Source: a bacterium (GTDB taxonomy: Bacteria > Patescibacteriota > Minisyncoccia > Phycocordibacterales > UBA9973). Taken from it: a DNA stretch of 64,000 bases. The notes beneath the pieces were generated by a model. The model was not told where the DNA came from. It ran no database searches and worked only from the letters and a program-made list of their open reading frames with translations. Numbering within the stretch: position 1 is the first letter of the stretch; each line of letters begins with the position of its first letter. The stretch spans positions 25,683 to 89,682 of the forward strand of contig JBAXTD010000001.1 of the NCBI GenBank assembly GCA_037130335.1, written 5' to 3'. Position numbers and translations under genes: made by a program. Shown here one piece after another: positions 17,838 through 27,705 of the stretch.

Positions 17838-18224
17838 ATGTACCCAGTATCAAACATGTTAAGTGGAATAAAGAACGCAAATCGCGCAGGTCGTGATAGT
17901 GTTATTGTTCCGCACTCAAAACTCTGTTTGGCAATTGCCAAAAAGCTTTCAAAAGAAGGCTACGTTGGAGTTGTTTCAGAAAAGACTCGCAAAGGACGTC
18001 CAGTATTTGAAGTTGCACTTCTCCAAGTAGAAGGACAACCAAAAATCAATGAAATCGTTTGTATCTCAAAGCCATCACGCCGAATGTATTCAAGTATGCA
18101 CGAAATTAAACCTTTCAAAAACGGTCGTGGAGCATATGTATATTCAACACCAAAGGGAATCTTGACTGACAAAGAAGCTCGCAAGGAAAACGTTGGTGGA
18201 GAAATCTTATTCAATATTTGGTAA
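17838..18224 (+). CDS. rpsH: 30S ribosomal protein S8
   Basis: YPVSNMLSGIKNANRAG S8 N-terminal motif. Confidence 0.95.
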   Translation: MYPVSNMLSGIKNANRAGRDSVIVPHSKLCLAIAKKLSKEGYVGVVSEKTRKGRPVFEVALLQVEGQPKINEIVCISKPSRRMYSSMHEIKPFKNGRGAYVYSTPKGILTDKEARKENVGGEILFNIW

Positions 18225-18238
18225 TATCTATTAAATTT

Positions 18239-18775
18239 ATGTCACGAATCGCAAAACAACCAATTCCAATTCCAGCAAACACCAAAGTAACTTTGGTCGA
18301 CGGTCTTTTGACTGTAACTGGTCCAAAGGGAACACTCACTCGCGCACTCCGCAATGAAGTTGTGGTACTTCTCGATACAGAAACAATCACACTCAAACCT
18401 CGCACAGATACAGATATTTTCTCTCGTGCACTTTGGGGAACATATGCATCACATGTCAAAAACATGCTCGCAGGTGTAAACACTCCATACGTAAAGAAAC
18501 TTATTCTTGAAGGAGTTGGATTCAAAAGTGAAGTTAAAGGTAAAGACCTCAATCTTGCACTTGGATTTTCTCACCCAGTTGTTGTAACAATTCCAGAGGG
18601 AATCACAGTAACAGCAGAAAAGAACGTCATTACATTTACAGGAATCAACAAAGAAGACGTTGGTCAATTTGCTTCAAAAATTCGCGCAATGAAAAAACCA
18701 GAACCATATAAAGGTAAAGGTTTTCGTTACGATGACGAAGTTATTAGACGCAAGCAAGGTAAAAAAGCTGCATAG
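18239..18775 (+). CDS. rplF: 50S ribosomal protein L6
   Basis: MSRIAKQPIPIP...KGKGFRYDDEV. The ORF-track TTG at 18218 is probably upstream of the real ATG at 18239. Confidence 0.95.
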   Translation: MSRIAKQPIPIPANTKVTLVDGLLTVTGPKGTLTRALRNEVVVLLDTETITLKPRTDTDIFSRALWGTYASHVKNMLAGVNTPYVKKLILEGVGFKSEVKGKDLNLALGFSHPVVVTIPEGITVTAEKNVITFTGINKEDVGQFASKIRAMKKPEPYKGKGFRYDDEVIRRKQGKKAA

Positions 18776-18792
18776 TTTTTAGTATACATATT

Positions 18793-19143
18793 ATGAAATC
18801 AAAAAATATTAAAACAGAAAAAAGACTCCGACTCAAAAAGAAAATTCGTATGCGAATTTCTGGAGATGCAGTACGCCCACGTCTCGCAATTTTCCGCTCA
18901 AACAAATTTATCTATGCGCAAGCAGTAGATGACTCAAAGGGTGTTACAATCGCAGCTGCATCTGATGCAGTAATGGAAAAGGGTACAAAGGTTGCTGGCG
19001 CAGAATACACAGGAAAAACAATTGCGAAGCTTTTGAAAGAAAAAGGAATTACCGCTGTCGTGTTTGATCGCGGAGGATTCAAATACGCAGGTCGTGTAAA
19101 AATTCTTGCAGATGCAGCTCGTGCGTCTGGTCTTAACTTTTAA
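18793..19143 (+). CDS. rplR: 50S ribosomal protein L18
   Basis: RPRLAIFRSNKFIYAQAVDDSKGVTIAAAS. Confidence 0.93.
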   Translation: MKSKNIKTEKRLRLKKKIRMRISGDAVRPRLAIFRSNKFIYAQAVDDSKGVTIAAASDAVMEKGTKVAGAEYTGKTIAKLLKEKGITAVVFDRGGFKYAGRVKILADAARASGLNF

Positions 19144-19148
19144 TTTAT

Positions 19149-19820
19149 ATGGCAGAAAATACAGCAACAAAAAAATCAGCATTTAGTCAGGGAGCACCCG
19201 CAGGTGGTGCACGAGGTTCTTCACGTGGATCATTCGGTTCTTCACCACGTGGTGGACAAGGTGGTGGTCGTGGACAAGGTGGCCCACGCAAAGGAGGAAA
19301 CTTCGAACGCGTCAAACCTGAATACGATCAAAAAATTCTTGCAATCCGTCGCGTTACTCGCGTGGTTTCAGGAGGACGCCGTATGACTTTCTCAGTAGCA
19401 ATGGTTATCGGAGATCGCAAAGGTCTCATCGGTTTGGGAACTGGAAAGGCAATCGATACATCAATCGCAATTACAAAAGCTCAAAAAGATGCAAAGAAAA
19501 ACATGCTCAAATTGAAGCTTACAAAGACACAGTCTCTTCCACATGATATTTCTGCAAAATTCGGAAGTTCAAATCTCATGCTTATGCCAAACCGTGGACG
19601 AGGTCTCATTTCAGGTTCAGCAGTTCGTGATATTTTGCTTCTCGCAGGTATCAAGGATGTTACAACAAAAATTCATTCTGGTTCAAAAAACAAACTCAAT
19701 AACGCTCGTGCAACAATGAAAGCACTTAGTCTCGTGGGAACAAAGGTTATGCGCCATGTTGTCGCAGATGAAAAGCTTCCAAAAGTGGAATCAGTCGAAA
19801 CAGTTGCTGAAGTTAAATAA
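19149..19820 (+). CDS. rpsE: 30S ribosomal protein S5 with a Gly/Arg-rich N-terminal extension
   Basis: VTRVVSGGRRMTFSVAMVIGDRKGLIGLGTGKA. Confidence 0.95.
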   Translation: MAENTATKKSAFSQGAPAGGARGSSRGSFGSSPRGGQGGGRGQGGPRKGGNFERVKPEYDQKILAIRRVTRVVSGGRRMTFSVAMVIGDRKGLIGLGTGKAIDTSIAITKAQKDAKKNMLKLKLTKTQSLPHDISAKFGSSNLMLMPNRGRGLISGSAVRDILLLAGIKDVTTKIHSGSKNKLNNARATMKALSLVGTKVMRHVVADEKLPKVESVETVAEVK

Positions 19821-19829
19821 TATTTTTAT

Positions 19830-20270
19830 ATGCAAACACACAACGTACAACGAGATACAAAAAACAAAAAGCATACACAGCTTGGTCGTGGGGGACGTCA
19901 TGGAAAAACTTCAGGACGTGGAGGAAAAGGTCAAACAGCTCGCGCTGGTAACAAACGCCGTCCACAAATGCGTGATGTCATCAAAAAGCTTCCAAAGCTT
20001 CGTGGTTATAAATTTGCATCAATCCAAACTCCAGCAATGCCTGTAAATTTGGATTCAATCTCAAACGCATTTACAGCTGGTGCAGTTGTTTCTCCTGTAA
20101 CATTACTTGAATGTGGTGTTATCAAAACAAAAAACGGACGAGTTCCTCGTGTAAAAATTTTGGCTCGTGGTGAAATGAAAATCAAAGTTACAGTTACCGG
20201 CTGTTTGGTTTCAGAAACTGCAAAACAAGCTATTGAAAAAGCTGGTGGAAAAGTTGAAGAAAGTAAATAG
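19830..20270 (+). CDS. rplO: 50S ribosomal protein L15; no L30 gene precedes it
   Basis: GRGGRHGKTSGRGGKGQTARAG. rpsE runs straight into rplO with no rpmD. Confidence 0.93.
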   Translation: MQTHNVQRDTKNKKHTQLGRGGRHGKTSGRGGKGQTARAGNKRRPQMRDVIKKLPKLRGYKFASIQTPAMPVNLDSISNAFTAGAVVSPVTLLECGVIKTKNGRVPRVKILARGEMKIKVTVTGCLVSETAKQAIEKAGGKVEESK

Positions 20271-20297
20271 TTTTGTTCCCTAATTTATATACAGACA

Positions 20298-21572
20298 ATG
20301 CAATCATTTTCTCAAAAAATAAAAATAATCTGGGGTGATCGCGCTCTTCGCAACCGAATTTTGATCGTCCTCGGTCTTTTGGTTGTATTTCGATTGCTCT
20401 CTACTGTTCCAGTTCCAGGAGTTGATGCAGGACGACTTTCATCGTTTCTAAACAATAACCAATTCTTTGGAATCCTCAACCTCTTTTCTGGTGGTGGACT
20501 TTCAACACTTTCTATCATCATGCTTGGGGTTGGTCCATACATTACGTCTTCTATCATCATGCAACTTCTTACTGTCATGGTGCCTTCACTTAAATCAATG
20601 TATACCGAAGAAGGTGAAGCTGGACGCAAAACATTTGCACAATATTCTCGTATGATTGCTATTCCACTTGCACTGTTGCAAGGATTTGGATTGCTTCTTC
20701 TTTTGCAAAAAGAGGGAATCATGGGCACACTTACTCCGCTTTCATTTGCAACTAATCTAATCGTTGTTGTTGCGGGTTCAATTTTCCTTATGTGGATTGG
20801 TGAGATCATGACTGAATACGGAATTTCAAACGGAATTTCAATCATTATCTTTGCAGGTATCGTGGCTGCACTTCCTCAACACATCAGTCAAGCATTGTTT
20901 ACATTTGATATTTCACAAATTCCTTATTTCATACTCTTTATTGTACTCGGTGCGCTTCTCATTGCTGGTGTTGTCGTGGTAACAGAAGCTGAACGTCCAA
21001 TTGCAGTCACATATGCTCGTCAATCTCGTGGTGGACAAAGTGCTGGAGGAAATATCGAAACATATATTCCACTTCGCGTAAACCAAGCAGGTGTGATTCC
21101 AATTATCTTTGCACTTTCAATTTTGCTTGTTCCTCAATTGCTCGGAACAGTACTTCTCCTTTCAAAAAACGGAATCTTGCTCGCAATTGGTCATGCATTT
21201 ACAAATTTCTCACAAACTAGTTTACTCTACGGTGTACTATACTTTGTGTTTGTGTTTGCATTCACATATTTCTACACAGCAGTTACATTCGATCCACATG
21301 CAATGTCAGAAAATTTACAAAAATCTGGAGCATTCATTCCAGGTATTCGTCCTGGTCAATCAACAGAAGACTATCTCGGAAAAATCGTTTCTCGAATCAC
21401 ATTTGTTGGAGCACTTTTCCTTGGAGTTATCGCAGTGTTGCCACTTATTGTGCGCGCAGTGACAGGCATCACAGCTATCGCGCTTGGAGGTACTGCAATG
21501 CTCATTGTGGTCTCAGTAGTTCTCGATTTGATCAAGCAAACAAACGCTCAAATCTCAATGCACGAATACTAA
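20298..21572 (+). CDS. secY: Preprotein translocase subunit SecY
   Basis: Ten TM segments and GVGPYITSSIIMQLL. Confidence 0.95.
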   Translation: MQSFSQKIKIIWGDRALRNRILIVLGLLVVFRLLSTVPVPGVDAGRLSSFLNNNQFFGILNLFSGGGLSTLSIIMLGVGPYITSSIIMQLLTVMVPSLKSMYTEEGEAGRKTFAQYSRMIAIPLALLQGFGLLLLLQKEGIMGTLTPLSFATNLIVVVAGSIFLMWIGEIMTEYGISNGISIIIFAGIVAALPQHISQALFTFDISQIPYFILFIVLGALLIAGVVVVTEAERPIAVTYARQSRGGQSAGGNIETYIPLRVNQAGVIPIIFALSILLVPQLLGTVLLLSKNGILLAIGHAFTNFSQTSLLYGVLYFVFVFAFTYFYTAVTFDPHAMSENLQKSGAFIPGIRPGQSTEDYLGKIVSRITFVGALFLGVIAVLPLIVRAVTGITAIALGGTAMLIVVSVVLDLIKQTNAQISMHEY

Positions 21573-21594
21573 AATTCAAATAAAGCATAAAAAA

Positions 21595-21622
21595 ATGACC
21601 TCTTCCAGAGGTCATTTTTTTA
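21595..21622 (+). terminator. Intrinsic terminator after secY
   Basis: ATGACCTCT-TCC-AGAGGTCAT followed by TTTTTTT. Confidence 0.75.
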
Positions 21623-21639
21623 TGCTAAACTAGCCTCGT

Positions 21640-22236
21640 ATGACACCTCAAACATTTATATTTGCTGGCCGTTCAGGTTGCGGTAAAGGGACTCAACTTA
21701 AATTGTTGCGTGAATCATTGGAACAAAAAAATCCAACTATTCCATCGTTTTCATCAGTAACGGGAGATATGTTCCGTTCTTTTTTTGATACAAATACTGA
21801 GACGAGCGTTCGTGCCAAAGAACTCACTGCACGTGGAGAACTTCAACCACTCTTTCTTACGATTTGGTTGTGGGCCAAAAGTATTATCGAAAACTATACC
21901 CCAGAATCAAATATTTTTATTGATGGGTATCCTCGTCGTGTCGAGGAGGCAATCGCAGTAGACTCAATGCTTAAATTTTATGATCGCAAAAACGTAATCG
22001 TGCTTAATTTCAATGTCTCGCGCGAAACTTCTAAAGCTCGAATGCTTGGTCGTGCTCGTGCTGACGATACAGTTACGAATGCTGAAACACGACTTGATTG
22101 GTATGACAAAGATGTAACTCCAGCAATTGATTTTTTCCGCAACAAACCTGGATATGTTTTTCTCGATATTGATGGAGAAAAGCCGATTGATGAAATTCAC
22201 AACGATATTATTAATAAATTAAATTCATTGCAATAA
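21640..22236 (+). CDS. adk: Adenylate kinase
   Basis: GRSGCGKGTQ P-loop, IDGYPRR, and the GRARADD LID motif. Confidence 0.85.
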   Translation: MTPQTFIFAGRSGCGKGTQLKLLRESLEQKNPTIPSFSSVTGDMFRSFFDTNTETSVRAKELTARGELQPLFLTIWLWAKSIIENYTPESNIFIDGYPRRVEEAIAVDSMLKFYDRKNVIVLNFNVSRETSKARMLGRARADDTVTNAETRLDWYDKDVTPAIDFFRNKPGYVFLDIDGEKPIDEIHNDIINKLNSLQ

Positions 22237-22243
22237 CACATAT

Positions 22244-22924
22244 ATGAAGGAACGCATTATTATTTCTCTTGGAGGTTCACTTATTTTTCCTGATGCTATA
22301 GATACAGAATTTTTGGATGCGTTTCGAAATATGATGACGGGGTATATAGAACGTGGATATACATTTGTGTTTATCACCGGCGGTGGAAAGAGTTGCCGTA
22401 GATATCAAGAAGCTCTCAAATCATTGCGAACTGTCGAGACGACAGATCTCGATTGGATGGGAATTGCCACAACTCGCACGAATGCAATGCTTGTGAAATT
22501 ACTTTTCAAAGAATACGCATACGATGAAGTAATTTTAAATCCCTCAGATGCAAAGGGGATTAATACTCCCGTAATTATTGGAGCAGGATGGAAGCCGGGT
22601 TGGAGTACAGATTATGACGCAATCGAAATGGCAGTAGAGACGGGTGCCAAAAAAGTTGTTAATCTTTCAAATATTGATTTCGTATATACTGCTGATCCCA
22701 AAACAAATCCTGATGCAGTAAAAATCGAAAAGACGACATGGGCAGAGTACCGCAAAATTATTCCATCAGAATGGACAAGTGGAATCAATGCACCGTTTGA
22801 TCCAATCGCATCCAAACACGCCGAAGAAAATAATATCGAAGTTGCCATCATGAACGGCAAAAATCTCAAAAACCTCGCCGACTATATCGAAGGCAGAGAA
22901 TTTATTGGAACGGTGATTAGTTAA
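22244..22924 (+). CDS. pyrH: Amino-acid-kinase-fold protein, probably archaeal-type UMP kinase
   Basis: RIIISLGGSLI N-terminal motif, about 226 aa, FITGGGK. It is inserted between adk and map. Confidence 0.65.
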   Translation: MKERIIISLGGSLIFPDAIDTEFLDAFRNMMTGYIERGYTFVFITGGGKSCRRYQEALKSLRTVETTDLDWMGIATTRTNAMLVKLLFKEYAYDEVILNPSDAKGINTPVIIGAGWKPGWSTDYDAIEMAVETGAKKVVNLSNIDFVYTADPKTNPDAVKIEKTTWAEYRKIIPSEWTSGINAPFDPIASKHAEENNIEVAIMNGKNLKNLADYIEGREFIGTVIS

Positions 22925-22930
22925 AAAATA

Positions 22931-23707
22931 ATGGCAATAATAATAAAAACAAAAGAAGAAATTGAGAAGTTGCGCGAGGGAGGGAAGCGATTGGCTTTTG
23001 TACTTGCAGAGACTGCAAAACAAGTTTGTCCGGGAATTTCGGCGCTTGAGCTCGATAAATTTGCAGAGGCAAAGATAAAGGAACTCGGAGACACATCTGC
23101 GTTTCTCGGATACAAGCCAAGTGGACATCACAAACCATTTCCTGCATCACTTTGTATTTCTGTAAATTCAGAAATCGTTCACGGAATTCCAAAGGCAACA
23201 ACAATTCTCAAAGAGGGTGATATTGTGTCGCTTGATTTGGGAATCAAACACGCAGGATTATTTACTGATCATGCAATTACTGTGGGTGTCGGTCATGTTG
23301 CCAAAGACAAAGAAAAATTAATGCGCGATACTCGTGAATCAATGTATATGGGAATTGCTGCAATCGTGCCAGGGGCTCGCGTAGGTGATATTGGTCATGC
23401 AATTGAGTCATATATCAAAAAGGCTGGTAATTACGGCATTGTGCGTGTGCTTGCAGGTCATGGTGTAGGCCGTGCGATTCATGAGGATCCATTTATCCCA
23501 AATTTCGGCCGTCCAAAATCTGGTGAAAAATTAGTACCAGGAATGGTGATTGCAATTGAACCAATGCTTACGCTCGGAACTGACGATGTGATTGATACCG
23601 ATGATGGATACACGATAAAAACCGAAGACGGATCGTGTGCTGCACACTTTGAACACACAGTATATATCAACGATTCTGGTTTGCCAGAAATTTTAACGGA
23701 GAACTAG
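22931..23707 (+). CDS. map: Methionine aminopeptidase, type I
   Basis: VHGIPKATTILKEGDIVSLDLG...HGVGRAIHEDP metal-binding motifs. Confidence 0.93.
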   Translation: MAIIIKTKEEIEKLREGGKRLAFVLAETAKQVCPGISALELDKFAEAKIKELGDTSAFLGYKPSGHHKPFPASLCISVNSEIVHGIPKATTILKEGDIVSLDLGIKHAGLFTDHAITVGVGHVAKDKEKLMRDTRESMYMGIAAIVPGARVGDIGHAIESYIKKAGNYGIVRVLAGHGVGRAIHEDPFIPNFGRPKSGEKLVPGMVIAIEPMLTLGTDDVIDTDDGYTIKTEDGSCAAHFEHTVYINDSGLPEILTEN

Positions 23708-23941
23708 TTTTGTTGTATGAGCAACAGTAAGTGCTCGGGCGTCGTGATGATGTAAATAGTTTCGTCCGAGAGTGTACAAAAATTCTAATGATTTTTTGTA
23801 TGGAAGTTCTTTGAGTACAGATGCTGCTTTTTCGTAATTTCCAGAATCGATAAATAATCGTGCGCGGTGTTCGGCGTTTTTTTCTGCGTTTGAAAGCCAT
23901 TCCAAGTCTTCTTGAGTTTTTATTTTTGTGCGATGTGGCAT
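23693..23941 (-). CDS. Small hypothetical protein, possibly TPR-like
   Basis: 82-aa minus-strand ORF overlapping the end of map by 15 bp. Support is weak. Confidence 0.3.
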   Translation of the reverse strand: MPHRTKIKTQEDLEWLSNAEKNAEHRARLFIDSGNYEKAASVLKELPYKKSLEFLYTLGRNYLHHHDARALTVAHTTKLVLR

Positions 23942-23979
23942 GTATTCATTTTCGCATGTCTCGTATGTTATGTAAACAT

Positions 23980-24007
23980 TTCAAAAGTTTTTTTTGTAGA
24001 GTATAAT
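23980..24007 (+). promoter_or_regulatory. Promoter TTCAAA-16-TATAAT, giving a near-leaderless start at 24016
   Basis: TATAAT at 24002-24007, 8 nt before the ATG. Confidence 0.4.
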
Positions 24008-24015
24008 ATAAATAC

Positions 24016-26751
24016 ATGGAATCATTCGCACCGATGGAAATGCCGAAGTTTAAATCTGCCGAAGAGGAGATTGCTTTTTTGCGCGCACAAGTTTCTCAAA
24101 AAGAGGAGCAGTTAGCTTCAGCGGGAATGGAAGCAAAACGAGAAAACATTGCCGAGCAGACATTGCAAGCATACAAAGAAAAATCTGTAAAAGAAGTATT
24201 GCATTCATCTGCAAAAATTCCAGAAAAAGAATCAGAAGCACTCGCACTTCGACTCGCTCCAGAAACGCATGATCGAATTATGGAAGAATTGCTCGGAATA
24301 CTTTTGGATAAAGGTATCAAGAATGCGCTTGTGATTGTAGAAAAAATGGATAATCCTCATGTGGATGATGACTTTCATCGTTTTTTGGTTCAATATTTAC
24401 AATCAACTGGCAAAATTCCCGGACTCAAAGAATCGACACGATTGTATCGCGCGCTTGACTGCACGCTTTTTGAAGTAAGTTTGCCAGAGGTGAGTGATGA
24501 CAAGAAAAAAGGTCTGAAGGAATTACTCACTATGATGGAGCAGTTTTATGCTGGTATGCACTCAGTGGGAATGACTCGTCAAAACGAGGAACGTAATCAT
24601 TTCACTGTTGAAATTGCACTTTCGAATTCTGGTGAGCAATTTGTGATTTATGCTGCAGTACCTACCAAGCGTGCAGATTTATTCGAAAAGCAATTACTCG
24701 CGATTCATCCAGATTCCAAAATCACTGAAGTAGTCGATGATTACAATATTTTTATCGATAACAAAGATACTGCGGTAGGTGCGTATGCATATCTCGCACA
24801 AGAAGATATTTATCCAATTAAAACATATGATTCATTTGATCATGATCCCATGAATCTTATTCTCAACTCTTTTTCTAAATTAAAGGCACAAGGGGAGGGT
24901 GCGGCAATTCAATTTAGTATGTGTCCGAAAGATGATGAACTTATTTATCATTACCAAGAAACATTGGATTATCTCAAAAAAGGATACAGTGTAAAAAACG
25001 CGCGCAGTTCATGGCGCAGAGTTGCAAATGAAATTTTGAGTCTTGGAAAAGATTTTGCAACAGGAAATTATGAAAAAAAGGAGGAGGAAAAAAAGGTCAA
25101 CGATCGTGCCGTTGAATTCGTAACTGAGAAATTAAAATCGACTGTCATGGCGACAAATATTCGTATCCTTGCGTCTGCAGAAACGAGAGGTCGTTCAGAG
25201 CAGATTATTGATGAACTTGCTGCATCGTTTAATCAATTTACTGAAGCAGGACGCAATGGAATCAATTGGGTCAAGGTGTATGGTAATGAATTACATCAAC
25301 TCGAACACGAATTTTCATTTAGACTTTTTGATGATGAACATGCAATGCCGTTTAATATCAAAGAACTTGCAACGATTTTTCACTTTCCATACGGCATCAA
25401 TAAAATGGGTCAACTCAAACAAGCTCGTGCTGCTGTGGCTCCCGTGCCACTCGATATGCCAAAGACAGGAATTTTTCTGGGTTACAACGAATTTCGTGGA
25501 GAAAAAACCCCTGTGTATATGTCGGTAGAAGACCGTATGCGTCATATGTATGTTATCGGACAAACGGGTACTGGTAAAACTGTATTTTTGAAAAATATGA
25601 TTATTCAGGACATTAAAAACGGCGATGGATGTTGTTTTATCGATCCGCACGGAACAGACATTCAAGAAATTTTGGCAAATATTCCACCAGAGCGTTTGGA
25701 TGATGTGATTTATTTCGATCCGGCATATACTGCACGACCGATGGGACTCAACATGCTCGAATATGATGAACGATACCCTGAGCAGAAAACATTCGTCGTC
25801 AACGAACTCCTCAATATTTTTAATAAACTCTTTGATATGAAGACTTCCGGAGGTCCGGCGTTTGAACAATATTTCCGTAATGCATCGCTTCTCGTGATGG
25901 AAGATCCTGCAAGTGGATCGACACTTCTCGAAATTGGACGTGTCATGGCCGACAAAGACTTCCGTGATCTCAAACTTTCAAAATGTCGAAACCCAATCAT
26001 CAAGCAATTCTGGGAAGGTGCTGAAAAAACAACAGGGGATCAATCGCTCGCAAACTTTGTGCCGTACATCACAAACAAATTCGACGTGTTCGTCTCCAAC
26101 GACATTATGCGTCCAGTTATTGCACAACAAAAATCCGTATTTAATTTCCGTAAAATCATGGATGAAAAAAAGATTTTGTTGGTAAACCTCGCAAAGGGAC
26201 GTCTGGGAGAAAAGAATGCCGAGCTTATCGGTTTGATTCTTGTTGGTAAAATTCAGATGGCTGCGCTTTCTCGTGTGGATATGTTTGGTCAAAAGATGGA
26301 AGATTTTTATCTTTATATTGACGAATTCCAGAACGTTACGACTGATTCGATCGAATCGATTTTGTCTGAGGCGCGTAAATATCGTTTGTCGCTCACTGTG
26401 GCTCATCAATATATTGAGCAGCTTGATGATAATATCCGTGATGCAGTGTTTGGTAACGTTGGATCAATGGCAATTCATCGCGTGTCACAAGAAAATGCAG
26501 AAATTTTTGCAAAACAATTAGAACCAACATTTACAGCTTCTGATATTATTAAGCTTGAAATGTGTAACTGTTATATGAAAATGCTTGTAAATGGATTCCC
26601 TTCAAAACCTTTTAGTTCGCATACACCATTTAATTCAAGAGGCAATGCTGAGATGGTTGAAGCAGTCAAAGAACTTTCATATCTCAAATATGGCCGTGAT
26701 CGTTCCGAAGTCGAAGAAGAAATCATGGAACGTTACAACGCAGGGAAGTAA
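24016..26751 (+). CDS. VirD4/TraG/TraD-like coupling-protein-family P-loop NTPase with a ~480-aa N-terminal domain of unknown function
   Basis: Walker A YVIGQTGTGKTV, Walker B LYIDEFQN, and the TraG-D_C-like signature RLSLTVAHQYIEQL...VFGNVGSMAIHRV...N. The N-terminal half is coiled-coil rich and has no TM segments. Confidence 0.7.
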   Translation: MESFAPMEMPKFKSAEEEIAFLRAQVSQKEEQLASAGMEAKRENIAEQTLQAYKEKSVKEVLHSSAKIPEKESEALALRLAPETHDRIMEELLGILLDKGIKNALVIVEKMDNPHVDDDFHRFLVQYLQSTGKIPGLKESTRLYRALDCTLFEVSLPEVSDDKKKGLKELLTMMEQFYAGMHSVGMTRQNEERNHFTVEIALSNSGEQFVIYAAVPTKRADLFEKQLLAIHPDSKITEVVDDYNIFIDNKDTAVGAYAYLAQEDIYPIKTYDSFDHDPMNLILNSFSKLKAQGEGAAIQFSMCPKDDELIYHYQETLDYLKKGYSVKNARSSWRRVANEILSLGKDFATGNYEKKEEEKKVNDRAVEFVTEKLKSTVMATNIRILASAETRGRSEQIIDELAASFNQFTEAGRNGINWVKVYGNELHQLEHEFSFRLFDDEHAMPFNIKELATIFHFPYGINKMGQLKQARAAVAPVPLDMPKTGIFLGYNEFRGEKTPVYMSVEDRMRHMYVIGQTGTGKTVFLKNMIIQDIKNGDGCCFIDPHGTDIQEILANIPPERLDDVIYFDPAYTARPMGLNMLEYDERYPEQKTFVVNELLNIFNKLFDMKTSGGPAFEQYFRNASLLVMEDPASGSTLLEIGRVMADKDFRDLKLSKCRNPIIKQFWEGAEKTTGDQSLANFVPYITNKFDVFVSNDIMRPVIAQQKSVFNFRKIMDEKKILLVNLAKGRLGEKNAELIGLILVGKIQMAALSRVDMFGQKMEDFYLYIDEFQNVTTDSIESILSEARKYRLSLTVAHQYIEQLDDNIRDAVFGNVGSMAIHRVSQENAEIFAKQLEPTFTASDIIKLEMCNCYMKMLVNGFPSKPFSSHTPFNSRGNAEMVEAVKELSYLKYGRDRSEVEEEIMERYNAGK

Positions 26752-26762
26752 AAATTCCGTGT

Positions 26763-26791
26763 TTGTAAAATAGGGGTTTTTCTGGTAGTAT
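26763..26791 (+). promoter_or_regulatory. Promoter TTGTAA-17-TGgTAGTAT for ndk
   Basis: TTGTAA at 26763-26768 and TAGTAT at 26786-26791, preceded by TGg. Confidence 0.5.
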
Positions 26792-26834
26792 CACACTATT
26801 AGTACTTAGTTTAACCTAAAAGGTAATCATATTT

Positions 26835-27305
26835 ATGGCAACACAAGAACGATCACTCATCATTATTAAACCAGATGCAATTCAACGAAATCTCTTTGGG
26901 GAAATTGTTTCTCGTTTGGAAAGAAAAGGACTCAAAATTATCGGTACAAAAATGATGAATTTGCACGATGCAATCATTGAAGAGCACTACGCACATATCA
27001 AAGATAAACCATTCTTCCCAGGTATTCGTGATTTTATGAAATCAACTCCAGTTGTTGTAATTGCAATCGAAGGAATTAATGCAGTTTCATCTGTTCGTAT
27101 TCTCGTAGGTCCAACAAAGGCATGGGAAGCAACGGCAGGAACAATTCGTGGTGATTTTTCTCTTTCTACTCAATCAAATTTGGTTCATGCATCAGATGGT
27201 GTGGAGGCAGGAGAAATTGAAATCAACCGTTTCTTTAAACCAGAAGAATTGTTTGACTACCAAAAAGTTGATACAGACTTTGTGTACGCAGAACATAAAC
27301 AATAA
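26835..27305 (+). CDS. ndk: Nucleoside diphosphate kinase
   Basis: RSLIIIKPDAIQRNL and the NLVHASD active-site His region. Confidence 0.93.
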   Translation: MATQERSLIIIKPDAIQRNLFGEIVSRLERKGLKIIGTKMMNLHDAIIEEHYAHIKDKPFFPGIRDFMKSTPVVVIAIEGINAVSSVRILVGPTKAWEATAGTIRGDFSLSTQSNLVHASDGVEAGEIEINRFFKPEELFDYQKVDTDFVYAEHKQ

Positions 27306-27319
27306 AAATTAAATTAAAA

Positions 27320-27360
27320 ATGCCCCGCGATTTCCGAAGGAAATCGCGGGGCATTTTTTA
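27320..27360 (+). terminator. Intrinsic terminator after ndk
   Basis: 16-bp stem ATGCCCCGCGATTTCC/GGAAATCGCGGGGCAT followed by TTTTTT. Confidence 0.8.
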
Positions 27361-27705
27361 TCCACACAATTATTTGCAATTTTATTTTTTCAAAAAGGTT
27401 GTTGGCATTAATTTTTTGTGGTGTTTTTGTAATCCACAGTTGTTTTTGATACCTGTGATGTATATTGGAAATAGGATTATTTGCACTGTTACCTAGAACA
27501 CTTCGTGTACGGGAGTTTGGAGTTATAAATCGCCTTGGCCTTTTATACAGAACACCCACCTGGCCTCTGGCTAGGGTAACACGTAAGCAGATAGTCCTAA
27601 AAAGAATCTCTTTCAGAAATGAAAGGGGATTTTTTTTACCCAAAAACATCTTCAGTTATTTTTGCGTATGCATCAGTCCAAAAGTAACGTATAATAAAAA
27701 CATAT

